64,000 bases of DNA, taken from contig CAKTUI010000006.1 in NCBI GenBank assembly GCA_934621385.1, positions 3,221-67,220 on the forward strand, read 5' to 3'. The stretch comes from an uncultured Kiritimatiellota bacterium (GTDB taxonomy: Bacteria; Verrucomicrobiota; Kiritimatiellia; RFP12; UBA1067). Position 1 is the first letter of the stretch. Every line of letters begins with the position of its first letter. Both the position numbers and the translations under genes were made by a program. Shown here piece by piece: positions 18,074 to 26,592 of the stretch. The notes under the pieces are model-generated. The model worked only from the letters and a program-made list of their open reading frames with translations, had not been told where the DNA came from and searched no databases.

Positions 18074-19857
18074 ATCAGCAAGTCGTCAAAGTCAGGGATT
18101 CGCGCCGTCAACCACTTCCGGCAGGCGGCGAAGATTTCCTGCGCGGGGCGATCCGCATCCATTCCCAGCGCAAACGCCGCGTACCCCGCGAGGTCGGCCC
18201 TGGTCAGACGACGAAGAATGTTCGAGATGACGGGAATGTAGGTCGCCGACATCGACAGGACATCAACGCCCATCGCCACCCACAGCACCCCCACCACGGG
18301 ATCCGACGCGCTTTCGCCGCAGACCGATACGGGGATGCCGTTCTTGCGCGCCGCCGCGATTGTGCGCCGAATCAACTCAAGGATGGCTGGGTTCAGCGGC
18401 TGATAGAGGTTGGCGACGGCCTCGTTGCCGCGATCGGCCGCCATGACATACTGGACGAGGTCGTTCGTCCCAATGGAGAAGAAATCAACGTGCCGCGCCA
18501 AGGCATCCGCATTGATGGCCGCCGCAGGAACCTCAATCATCGCCCCAATGGCGACATTTCGGTCATAGGCAATGCCCTCCGCATCCAGCTCACGCTTCAC
18601 GTTCTCAACCTGCACGGCCGCCTCGCGAAGCTCCTCAATGCAGCTGACCATCGGATACATGATCTTCGTGCGACCAAAGGCAGAAGCCCGCAGAATGGCA
18701 CGGAGCTGAGTCCGAAAGACATCAATGTGCGAAAGCGAGTAGCGGATTGAGCGGTTGCCGAGGAATGGGTTCGCCTCCTTCGCCGAAAGGCCGCGCACCG
18801 TCTTATCCCCGCCGATGTCGAGCGTCCGAATGGTCACCGACCCGCGATTCCAGAGGGTCGCGGCAAACTTGACGGCATCGCGATAGGCCTCGAATTGCTC
18901 CTGCTCGGTCGGCTCGCGCTCACCGTTGAGCCAAAGGTACTCACTGCGATAGAGACCGATGCCCCGCGCACCGAAAGGCTGAACGCTGGCAATGGGAACG
19001 CCCGGATGGACATTCGCGTAAATCAGAACTTCGCTTCCGTCGGCAAGTCGGCCCGCGCAGGACCCGTCCACCGCCGCCTCGGAATGCTCCTTCTGCCGCT
19101 TGATGAGAAGTTCAAAGTCGGCAACCGTCTGCTCGTCGGGGTCGACGGTCACCGCCCCATTGGTCCCGTCGAGAAGAATCGTCATGCCGGGACTCACGCG
19201 TTCGGTGATGTCCCCAAGCCCCGTGACAGCGGGAATGCCCATCGCACGGGCGAGCAGGGCCACATGGCTCGTCGTCGAACCGCCGTTCGTCGCAAAGCCG
19301 AGAAGATACTCACGCGGCAACTGAACCGTTTCGGACGGCGTCAAATCGTCCGCAACAACAATCGAGGGGACCTTCAGTTCGCTCCATGGACCCGGCGACG
19401 AACCCGAGAACGCCTTCAACAGACGACGCTCCACATCGTCAAGGTCGCGGACGCGTTCGCGGAAATACGGGTCGTTCATCCGCGCAAACCGTTCACGGTA
19501 ATTCGCCGCCGTGGCCTTGACGGCCGCCTCGGCATTGACGTGGTCAATGGCAATGCGGCGCTCATTCTCCGCCGCGATCATCGGATCCTCAAGTATCATC
19601 AGGTGACACTCGAAGACCCGAACATCCTCACGCCCCGCCCGCTCGCGAAGCGCCGCGACAATGCCCTCCAAATCGCGCTTGACGCTCGCCACGGCTCGCT
19701 TCAGGCGCTGGAGTTCGTCGCCCTCTCGACCAAGCTCGACGACATACTCGGGGACGGGAATCTCCTCCCCGCTCCGATAGAGGAAGACTGGACCCGCTGC
19801 AAAGCCGCGTGCCGTCGCAAGGCCCGCAACGGTCATCATGGTCGGCTTATTGCTCAT
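18070..19857 (-). CDS. ptsI: Phosphoenolpyruvate-protein phosphotransferase (PTS Enzyme I)
   Basis: GGSTTSHVALLARAMGIP phosphohistidine region. C-terminal PEP-utilising TIM barrel. Overlaps the downstream gene by 4 nt. Confidence 0.9.
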   Translation of the reverse strand: MSNKPTMMTVAGLATARGFAAGPVFLYRSGEEIPVPEYVVELGREGDELQRLKRAVASVKRDLEGIVAALRERAGREDVRVFECHLMILEDPMIAAENERRIAIDHVNAEAAVKATAANYRERFARMNDPYFRERVRDLDDVERRLLKAFSGSSPGPWSELKVPSIVVADDLTPSETVQLPREYLLGFATNGGSTTSHVALLARAMGIPAVTGLGDITERVSPGMTILLDGTNGAVTVDPDEQTVADFELLIKRQKEHSEAAVDGSCAGRLADGSEVLIYANVHPGVPIASVQPFGARGIGLYRSEYLWLNGEREPTEQEQFEAYRDAVKFAATLWNRGSVTIRTLDIGGDKTVRGLSAKEANPFLGNRSIRYSLSHIDVFRTQLRAILRASAFGRTKIMYPMVSCIEELREAAVQVENVKRELDAEGIAYDRNVAIGAMIEVPAAAINADALARHVDFFSIGTNDLVQYVMAADRGNEAVANLYQPLNPAILELIRRTIAAARKNGIPVSVCGESASDPVVGVLWVAMGVDVLSMSATYIPVISNILRRLTRADLAGYAAFALGMDADRPAQEIFAACRKWLTARIPDFDDLLI

Positions 19858-20131
19858 CCGGAATGTCGAACTTGCGCCCGACGAGCGCCTCCAGCTCGTC
19901 AAGGGCCTCCTGGGCCTGCGGTCCGGACGCCGTCACCTTCAGGACGGCACCATGCCCCGCCTCAAGTGTCATCAACGCCATGATCGACTTGCCCGACACG
20001 ACCGTGCCGTCCTTCTCGACCTCGATGTCCGCATCATAGCGGCTGGCAGTCTTTGCGAAAAGCCCCGCCGGACGGACATGCATTCCGTAGCGGTTAGCGA
20101 GTGTCAGTGTTTTCGTGAGTTTCTCTGCCAT
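19847..20131 (-). CDS. ptsH: Phosphocarrier protein HPr
   Basis: GMHVRPAG His15 region; SIMALMTLE Ser46 region. Confidence 0.85.
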   Translation of the reverse strand: MAEKLTKTLTLANRYGMHVRPAGLFAKTASRYDADIEVEKDGTVVSGKSIMALMTLEAGHGAVLKVTASGPQAQEALDELEALVGRKFDIPDEQ

Positions 20132-20136
20132 TCCGT

Positions 20137-21132
20137 TTACCCCTTTTCCTTTGATTTCCTCATTTTTGCCGCGTCTGCGCGGCGGCGCAGGCGTTCCGAC
20201 AGATCCTCAACCGGATCATAACCTGAAAGTATCAACTTCTGCTGCTGGGCGGCCGTCTCGACAAGGTTCACGAGATCGCGACCCTCCGAAACGGGAATAA
20301 TGATGTTCGGCACGTCAACGCCCAGAATCGTCCGAACCCGCCGCGTCTGCCCGACACGGTCAATTTCCCCGACAACGTCCTTCAGTTTCTTGAAGGTAAT
20401 CACCATCTGCAGGCGCTTTTCGCCGCGCACGGCCCCGATGCCGAAAATGCTCGGCACATGAAGGATGCCGATGCCACGGATCTCCATAAAGCCGACCGTC
20501 GAGTCGGAAGCCGACCCAAAGAGAATGTTGTCCGCACCACGGCGTATGCAGGTCAGGTCGTCCGCGACAAGCGCATAGCCGCGGCGAATCAGTCCAAGGG
20601 CCGTCTCGGACTTGCCAAGCCCCGGCGCACCCTCAAGCATCACCCCAAGACCGCACACCTCCACCATCGTCCCGTAAATCGACGTGCGCGGCGCACTCAG
20701 CCGTTCGAGCACAAACGCACACAGGTGCGAGAAGACCTTCGTCTTCAGCGTGGTGGACATAATGACGGCACCCGACTTCTCCGCGAGTTCTATCTCGTCT
20801 GGCAGAAGCCTGTTACCATTCGTAATGATAAAGCAAAATGCCTTCAGCTCCAACAAGTCGCGGATGCGCGCCAGTCGCGTCTCGGCCTTCAGCGAGTGAA
20901 GGTAGGCGACTTCGGCATTGCCCAGGAGCTGAAGGCGCTTCCAGGCAAAATGCTCGTGAAAGCCCGTCAACGCCAAACCCGGTCGATTGACAATCGGCTC
21001 GTCAATTCGGCGTTCAAGGCTTTTCCCTCCGGCGACGAGCTCAAGGCACAGTTCCTCGCGCCCGGCCTCAAAGAAGTCGGACACCGTGAAATCTGTGCCG
21101 TTGGCACTGCCCCCGGAAGGAATCGCGTCCAT
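20137..21132 (-). CDS. hprK: HPr kinase/phosphorylase
   Basis: GAPGLGKSETALGLIRRG Walker A motif, typical HprK C-terminal domain. Confidence 0.9.
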   Translation of the reverse strand: MDAIPSGGSANGTDFTVSDFFEAGREELCLELVAGGKSLERRIDEPIVNRPGLALTGFHEHFAWKRLQLLGNAEVAYLHSLKAETRLARIRDLLELKAFCFIITNGNRLLPDEIELAEKSGAVIMSTTLKTKVFSHLCAFVLERLSAPRTSIYGTMVEVCGLGVMLEGAPGLGKSETALGLIRRGYALVADDLTCIRRGADNILFGSASDSTVGFMEIRGIGILHVPSIFGIGAVRGEKRLQMVITFKKLKDVVGEIDRVGQTRRVRTILGVDVPNIIIPVSEGRDLVNLVETAAQQQKLILSGYDPVEDLSERLRRRADAAKMRKSKEKG

Positions 21133-21146
21133 GCGCAGTCCTCTTC

Positions 21147-21482
21147 TCAGTTCTTAGCCGAGGCCGCACGCTGCTTACGCACCGTGCCCTTGCGCGCCTT
21201 GACGCGCATACGCAGGAGCTGACGCTCCGCACGCGCCGCCGCCGTGTCGATCACGCTCTTCGCGCTCTCGGAGAACTCCTTCGCACCGACGGCCGTCTCG
21301 CCGAGACGGTTCGCCACGACTTCGGCCATGTACATGTGCTTCTTGACGTCAATGTCAATGACCACGGAGACCTTCGTCACCTTCGGAAAGCGTTCAACAA
21401 GCTTCGCCATACGCGCCTCGGCGTATGCCTTGAGCGACTCAATCCGCACGTCGCTGTGCCTCATCGTTACTTCAATGCTCAT
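21147..21482 (-). CDS. hpf: Ribosome hibernation promoting factor (HPF/RaiA family)
   Basis: 111 aa; sigma-54 modulation protein fold signature. Confidence 0.8.
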   Translation of the reverse strand: MSIEVTMRHSDVRIESLKAYAEARMAKLVERFPKVTKVSVVIDIDVKKHMYMAEVVANRLGETAVGAKEFSESAKSVIDTAAARAERQLLRMRVKARKGTVRKQRAASAKN

Positions 21483-21536
21483 CTTTTTCCTCCTTCTTGT
21501 TGTGTATGTAGTGTTCGTCCAAAAATCTTCGTCCGT

Positions 21537-22334
21537 TTACATTCGGAAGCCATCGCCCAGATAGCGCGCCCGCACCTCGGGATCCTCCACGAGTTCGGCG
21601 GTCGTGCCCGTCTTGAGCAACTGCCCATTGTAGACCATGTAGGCGCGGTCGACGACGGACAGCGTCTCGCGCACATTGTGGTCGGTGATGATGATTCCAA
21701 GTCCCTGCCGCGCCAACCGGCGCACGATATCCTGAATCTCGTTCACGCTGAGCGGGTCGACGCCTGCAAAGGGTTCGTCCAACATCAAGATGGACGGGTT
21801 GCGCACCAGCGACCGAGCAATCTCCAGTTTGCGCCGCTCGCCACCCGAAAGCGTATACGCCGGCTGCTTCGCAACCTTCATGAGGTCGAAGGGCGTCAGC
21901 AGTTCCTCGGCACGGGCCATGCGCGCCTTCCGTGAAAGCGGCAGGGTCTCCAAAATCGCCATGACATTGTCCCAGACGGACAGCTTGCGGAAGATGCTCG
22001 CCTCCTGCGCCAAGTAGCCAAGCCCGTTCCGCGCCCGCATGAAGACCGGCATCCGCGTCAAATCCTTACCACGAAACACCACCTTGCCGCCGTCGGGACG
22101 CACCAGCCCGACAATCATGTAGAAGGTCGTCGTCTTGCCCGCCCCGTTCGGCCCGAGAAGACCGACAATCTCACCGCAGCTGACTTCCATCGACATCCCG
22201 TTGACGACCGTGCGGTCGCCATAGACCTTCACAAGGCCCGTCGCCCGCAGGTCGGGTTCACGCCGCCCCATGTCGCCGCCGCGCTCCTCGGCCATCGCCT
22301 TCATCGCGCCCAATACAGGATCGTCATTCGTCAT
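21537..22334 (-). CDS. lptB: LPS export ABC transporter ATP-binding protein LptB
   Basis: Walker A GPNGAGKTT; signature LSGGERRKLEIAR; Walker B ILMLDEP; H-loop. Confidence 0.85.
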   Translation of the reverse strand: MTNDDPVLGAMKAMAEERGGDMGRREPDLRATGLVKVYGDRTVVNGMSMEVSCGEIVGLLGPNGAGKTTTFYMIVGLVRPDGGKVVFRGKDLTRMPVFMRARNGLGYLAQEASIFRKLSVWDNVMAILETLPLSRKARMARAEELLTPFDLMKVAKQPAYTLSGGERRKLEIARSLVRNPSILMLDEPFAGVDPLSVNEIQDIVRRLARQGLGIIITDHNVRETLSVVDRAYMVYNGQLLKTGTTAELVEDPEVRARYLGDGFRM

Positions 22335-23251
22335 TTCATCCCCCCTGGCAACCGAAGCCCGTTCGTTTCGATTGTCACGCGGGAATCGAGCACCTCCACC
22401 TGCTCCGAGTCGAGCCAGAAGCGGATGCGCCGCCCTTCAACCGTACCCTTGCGACTACCGGCAACCGAAAGCCGCGCCAAATTGTTCGTCCCATCACCAA
22501 ACATGGTCACGCGTGACGTGCCGTCCTGCTTCTGATAGACGGCTCGTGCGCATGTCCCCGTCTTGTCATCGCTCGTCACCCGAACGCCTCCCAGCGCAAC
22601 AATCCGCCGCACGTCATTCGTTCCCTCGATGAAAGCGAAGGCCCGCTCGCACGAAAGGTGGCACGGCTGGTCCTTCATCTCGTGGACGACCTCGACCGAC
22701 CCATCGAACATGGCCACACCGGCGCGGCGGTCGTAGTCCGCCGCACGGGACGTGAGCACATTGCCGTCCGCCTTCAGGTGAACGTTCGTCGAAATCATCA
22801 CGTACTCATCCGATGCAGAGAAGTAGACACCCGCACCCGAGAGGTCCGCCTGTTCCCGATAGGAGGCCGATGCCTGCCCCTCGGCCCAGCCGCTCCGCGT
22901 CGCACGATCCACCACGCAGTTGTCCGCATCAATTGTGGACTCGACCGTCCCGTCTTCGCGGAACTGCCGAATCTGGACACCCGAGCACCAAATCAGTCCC
23001 TCCTTCAGGAAGAACTGCGCCCGCTTGGCGAAGACGCTCGTCTTCACCGAGCCATCGGGATGGTTCTCCACTGGAACGGTCACATTCTCCGCCGGACTCT
23101 GCACGGCCGCCTCGCACATACGATACGCCGCCCGCAGCCGGTCGGCTTCACGCAAGTGCTCCGCACGACCCGCCATCCAGGATGCCGAGTCAAACGCCGC
23201 GAACAGGGGGAGCGTCAGGCCAACAAGCGCAATCTCAGCGAATATCCGCAT
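22331..23251 (-). CDS. LptC/LptA (OstA)-like periplasmic LPS-transport protein
   Basis: N-terminal TM or signal. Beta-jellyroll-like repeats. Sits in the conserved lptB neighbourhood. Weak sequence signal. Confidence 0.5.
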   Translation of the reverse strand: MRIFAEIALVGLTLPLFAAFDSASWMAGRAEHLREADRLRAAYRMCEAAVQSPAENVTVPVENHPDGSVKTSVFAKRAQFFLKEGLIWCSGVQIRQFREDGTVESTIDADNCVVDRATRSGWAEGQASASYREQADLSGAGVYFSASDEYVMISTNVHLKADGNVLTSRAADYDRRAGVAMFDGSVEVVHEMKDQPCHLSCERAFAFIEGTNDVRRIVALGGVRVTSDDKTGTCARAVYQKQDGTSRVTMFGDGTNNLARLSVAGSRKGTVEGRRIRFWLDSEQVEVLDSRVTIETNGLRLPGGMK

Positions 23252-24050
23252 GAATTCGAAGCAACACCTTCCAGAGTTTCTCAAGTTCCGCAAACCGAAT
23301 TGCATTCGCCGCGTCGCTTTTCGCGACCTTCGGGTTCATGTGCGTCTCCATAAAAACACCGTCCACACCCGTGGCAACTGCCGCGCGCGCAATCGCCGGC
23401 GCATACTTTCCATCGCCGCCGGAACCCGTACCCAGCCCGCCCGGACGCTGCACCGAGTGCGTGGCATCCATCACCACGGGGTAGCCGAGTTCGCGCATAA
23501 TCAGCAGCGAACGCATATCCGCCACGAGGTTGTGATAGCCGAACGAAGCGCCGCGCTCGCAGAGGACAATGCGCCGATTTCCCGTCGACTCAATCTTGCG
23601 AATGACCTGGGCCATGTCCTCCGGGGCCATGAACTGCCCCTTCTTCACATTCACCACGGCCCCCGTCTCGCCTGCCGCAACGACAAGATCGGTCTGCCGC
23701 GCCAGGAATGCGGGAATTTGCAGCACGTCGCACACCTCTGCCACCGGCTTCGCCTGCCACGGCTCATGAATATCCGTCAGCACGGGAACGTCAAACGTCG
23801 AGCGGACCTCGGCGAGAACCTCAAGGCCCTTCTCAAGCCCCGGTCCACGGAAGGAGTCCACGCTCGTACGATTCGCCTTGTCAAAACTCGCCTTGAAGAT
23901 GAGCTTCGCCTTCAGCTTCTTCGCCAAAGCCGTCAACCGCTTCGCCAGGTCAAGTGCCATCTCACGCGACTCAATCACGCACGGTCCCGCAATGAACGTC
24001 AGACCGCCGTCGCCAAATGACACGCCCTTATCGACTAACACTTTCTTCAT
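23235..24050 (-). CDS. kdsA: 3-deoxy-8-phosphooctulonate (KDO-8-P) synthase
   Basis: Strong family similarity (GPCVIES, MDATHSVQ, KYAPAIARAAVATG). Confidence 0.9.
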   Translation of the reverse strand: MKKVLVDKGVSFGDGGLTFIAGPCVIESREMALDLAKRLTALAKKLKAKLIFKASFDKANRTSVDSFRGPGLEKGLEVLAEVRSTFDVPVLTDIHEPWQAKPVAEVCDVLQIPAFLARQTDLVVAAGETGAVVNVKKGQFMAPEDMAQVIRKIESTGNRRIVLCERGASFGYHNLVADMRSLLIMRELGYPVVMDATHSVQRPGGLGTGSGGDGKYAPAIARAAVATGVDGVFMETHMNPKVAKSDAANAIRFAELEKLWKVLLRIHADIR

Positions 24051-24057
24051 GGCCTTT

Positions 24058-24066
24058 ATTATACCA
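24058..24066 (-). promoter_or_regulatory. Extended -10 TGGTATAAT, 7 nt before the kdsA ATG (leaderless arrangement)
   Basis: Read directly. Confidence 0.5.
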
Positions 24067-24172
24067 TAATCGTGCGGTATCTTACTACTCCCCTTTACGC
24101 CAGAATCGCATCCATTCGCGCCTGCCGGTCCCCCAAAGAAAACCAATTCGTCCGACACGACGACCACGGAAA

Positions 24173-24721
24173 ATGGTAGAATGCTCTCTCATGGAAACGG
24201 CACCTGTCATTCCGGCCTTTGTTGCGAGCTATGCCTCCCCGCTGGGCGGCATCACGCTCGCGAGCGACGGCCTCGCTCTCACGGGACTCTGGTTCGACGG
24301 TCAGCGGCACGACCGCGCAACCCTCAGCGACCATCCGACCATGCTTCGAGATCTTCCCGTCTTCCATCGTGCTCGCGCCTGGCTCGACCTCTACTTTCGC
24401 GGCACCGTTCCTCCGTTCACGCCCCCTCTCCTCATCCACGGCTCCGACTTCCGGCGGCTCGTCGCAACCATCATGCTGGACATTCCGTTCGGACGAACCA
24501 CAACCTATGGTGCAATCGCCCGCGAGGTTGCACGCCGAACGGGGAAGCCCCACATTTCCGCCCAAGCCGTCGGACAAGCCGTTGGACGCAACCCGATTGC
24601 ACTCATCGTCCCCTGCCATCGCGTCGTTGGACACGACGGCCGCCTGACGGGATACGCCGGTGGACTCGAACGAAAACAATGGCTTCTCAAACACGAAAAA
24701 AGGACGGGAAGTTCACTCTAA
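24173..24721 (+). CDS. ogt: Methylated-DNA--protein-cysteine methyltransferase
   Basis: IPCHRVV active-site motif. Confidence 0.85.
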   Translation: MVECSLMETAPVIPAFVASYASPLGGITLASDGLALTGLWFDGQRHDRATLSDHPTMLRDLPVFHRARAWLDLYFRGTVPPFTPPLLIHGSDFRRLVATIMLDIPFGRTTTYGAIAREVARRTGKPHISAQAVGQAVGRNPIALIVPCHRVVGHDGRLTGYAGGLERKQWLLKHEKRTGSSL

Positions 24722-24743
24722 CCCGAAGGTCCGCTTTCCGAAC

Positions 24744-24820
24744 TGGTGGGCGATACTGGACTCGGACCAGTGACCCCTACCGTGTGAAGGTAATGCTCTA
24801 ACCAACTGAGCTAATCGCCC
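24744..24820 (-). tRNA. tRNA-Val (CAC)
   Basis: My manual cloverleaf fold: acceptor GGGCGAT/ATCGCCC, anticodon loop TTCACAC, encoded CCA. The T-loop reads TCCGAGT, i.e. C where the near-universal U55 is expected. Confidence 0.75.
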
Positions 24821-24839
24821 AGCACGGAAAACGGGGCAT

Positions 24840-24848
24840 AGTATACCA
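24840..24848 (-). promoter_or_regulatory. -10-like TGGTATACT, about 20 nt upstream of tRNA-Val
   Basis: The same 19-nt block (ggcatagtataccataacc) also precedes tRNA-Asp. Confidence 0.4.
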
Positions 24849-25025
24849 TAACCCGCCGTCCCGTGACAAGGGGGCAAATTGAACTAAATTCGCGGCAGTC
24901 CGTCGACACGATTCGCCAATTCGCCGCGAATGCCTTACACTGGACAATGTGCCACAGGCAAGAAACGCGGCAGGAATGAATCTTGTAACCGTCAGTGATG
25001 AATAAGATTTCGCGGTGCGGTAAAA

Positions 25026-25099
25026 TGGTTGCCTCGCAGGGACTCGAACCCCAACAAGCAGAATCAGAATCTGCTGTGCTACCATTACACCACGAGGCA
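25026..25099 (-). tRNA. tRNA-Gln (CTG)
   Basis: My manual fold: U1-A72 acceptor, anticodon loop TTCTGAT, T-loop TTCGAGT, encoded CCA. Confidence 0.75.
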
Positions 25100-25119
25100 A
25101 TCTCGCGTACTTTCAAAGA

Positions 25120-25196
25120 TGGCGGGGTCGACGGGGCTCGAACCCGCAACCCCCGGATCGACAGTCCAGTGCGCTAACCAATTGCGCCACAACCCC
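25120..25196 (-). tRNA. tRNA-Asp (GTC)
   Basis: My manual fold: acceptor GGGGTTG/CGACCCC, anticodon loop CTGTCGA, T-loop TTCGAGC, encoded CCA. Confidence 0.75.
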
Positions 25197-25216
25197 GTAT
25201 CTCGAAAGCGAGGCAT

Positions 25217-25225
25217 AGTATACCA
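25217..25225 (-). promoter_or_regulatory. -10-like TGGTATACT upstream of tRNA-Asp (and tRNA-Gln)
   Basis: A duplicate of the block upstream of tRNA-Val. Confidence 0.4.
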
Positions 25226-25378
25226 TAACCGCCGAACCCCCTGCAAGGGGGTATCTGAAAATTATTGGACAAAGTTGAGATAAGCGCACAAAAACATAAG
25301 AACGAGAGCGAAAACAATCCGCACAAAATCGTCTCCCACGCCCACATTCGCCCCCTTCGGCTCAAATCACGCCCCAAA

Positions 25379-26431
25379 TCAGGCCGGCGGGAGCCGTTGC
25401 ACCTCAACTTTGCCGCGCTTGTCGATGGTGATCACCTTCTGGGAGCGCAGGGCGGAGACGACGGCTTCGACATCCGGATTCGGGACATGGTACTGCCGCT
25501 TCAGAATCGTATTCAGCACGCCGATGTTATCCGCCCGGCATCGACCGCTGCGCAGATCGGCCGTGACCATGACGACCGTCTCGCGGCGAAAGGCCTTGCC
25601 AGCCGACACCTTCGCCTGAAGAACACCGTTCTGAGGAACAATCGACTCGAATTCGTCCTTGTCGTACCAGACGGTCCAGCAGTTCCGGCAAATGTCAATC
25701 TCGATGCGCTTCTTGCCGACCTCAACGCGAATGAGGCTCATGGAGGCCCCGCATTTGGGGCAATTGCACCCCAAAGCCTCATGCGCCCGAGCCAGCTCTT
25801 TCATCGCGTCGATGCTGTCGGTCGCGACACCCGACTGAAGAACCGACATCTTCACCGCGACACCACCGCAGTTCGCACAGTGAAGACAGGGCTGCCGCGA
25901 CTTCGTCGTCGCCTTCTCCAGCGGCTTCCCGCACCGAGGACAAGTTGGTACGGATTGCGCAGTCTCAACCACGCCTCCACTACCAACATTCGCAAGCGTG
26001 ACGAACGCCGTGCAGGCGGACCTGAAACTCTTCGGGGTTTTAGTACCGCCAATCCCATACACGTCCTTGCCGCCCTCACGTATCTTCGTCGCCAGCGCGG
26101 TAAAGTCGCTGTCGCTCGACACGACGCAAATGCCATCACACGCGCTTTTGTAGAGAGCTTCCATCGCATCAATCACAAGCGCGATGTCCGCGGCATTCTT
26201 TCCAGGGATGTTGTTCACCTGCGGACAAGAAAGAATCCCATAGACCCGCTGCGCCTCCGCCCACTTGCTGGACGGGGTAAACCGGTTCACTGCGCCATAC
26301 GCCCGTCGGATGAGCGGTTCACCCCACGTGGAGACGATGCTCAGAATCTCGCCCGCCCGCATCGCACTGACGTTGTCCGCGTCAATGAGTACGGCCACCG
26401 ACCTCTCTTTCTCCAAATTGTTCGTCCTCAT
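25379..26431 (-). CDS. NYN (LabA-like PIN) domain protein with two zinc ribbons and a C-terminal OST-HTH/LOTUS-like domain
   Basis: AVLIDADNV...VVSSDSDF NYN catalytic acids. CPRCG...CANCG and CPKCG...CRNCW zinc ribbons. C-terminal winged HTH. Confidence 0.75.
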   Translation of the reverse strand: MRTNNLEKERSVAVLIDADNVSAMRAGEILSIVSTWGEPLIRRAYGAVNRFTPSSKWAEAQRVYGILSCPQVNNIPGKNAADIALVIDAMEALYKSACDGICVVSSDSDFTALATKIREGGKDVYGIGGTKTPKSFRSACTAFVTLANVGSGGVVETAQSVPTCPRCGKPLEKATTKSRQPCLHCANCGGVAVKMSVLQSGVATDSIDAMKELARAHEALGCNCPKCGASMSLIRVEVGKKRIEIDICRNCWTVWYDKDEFESIVPQNGVLQAKVSAGKAFRRETVVMVTADLRSGRCRADNIGVLNTILKRQYHVPNPDVEAVVSALRSQKVITIDKRGKVEVQRLPPA

Positions 26432-26437
26432 GGGGAC

Positions 26438-26446
26438 ATTATACCA
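26438..26446 (-). promoter_or_regulatory. Extended -10 TGGTATAAT, 6 nt before the NYN gene ATG (leaderless arrangement)
   Basis: Read directly. Confidence 0.5.
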
Positions 26447-26592
26447 CAAACCGCTTGCTCGCGGCACTTCGCGCGCGCCCCCTCGTCCGAGAGGAGAGAC
26501 AGACCGCCCACAGGCTGGGGCGCGGCAAATGGTTTTGCCGCGCTTACGCCCTGCGACTCACGGACATGCTCGCCGCTGAATGCGCACCCATG

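Noticed and set aside
22331-23305. Full-length ORF start for the LptC/LptA-like gene, MQFGLRNL at 23305
   Set aside because: The first 18 codons overlap kdsA and precede the hydrophobic anchor. The internal ATG at MRIFAEIALVGL (23251) fits better.
24830-25025. Possible genomic-island integration at the tRNA cluster
   Set aside because: The 3' sides of the tRNAs abut ogt and the neighbouring tRNA directly. No direct repeat of a tRNA 3' end and no integrase were seen.
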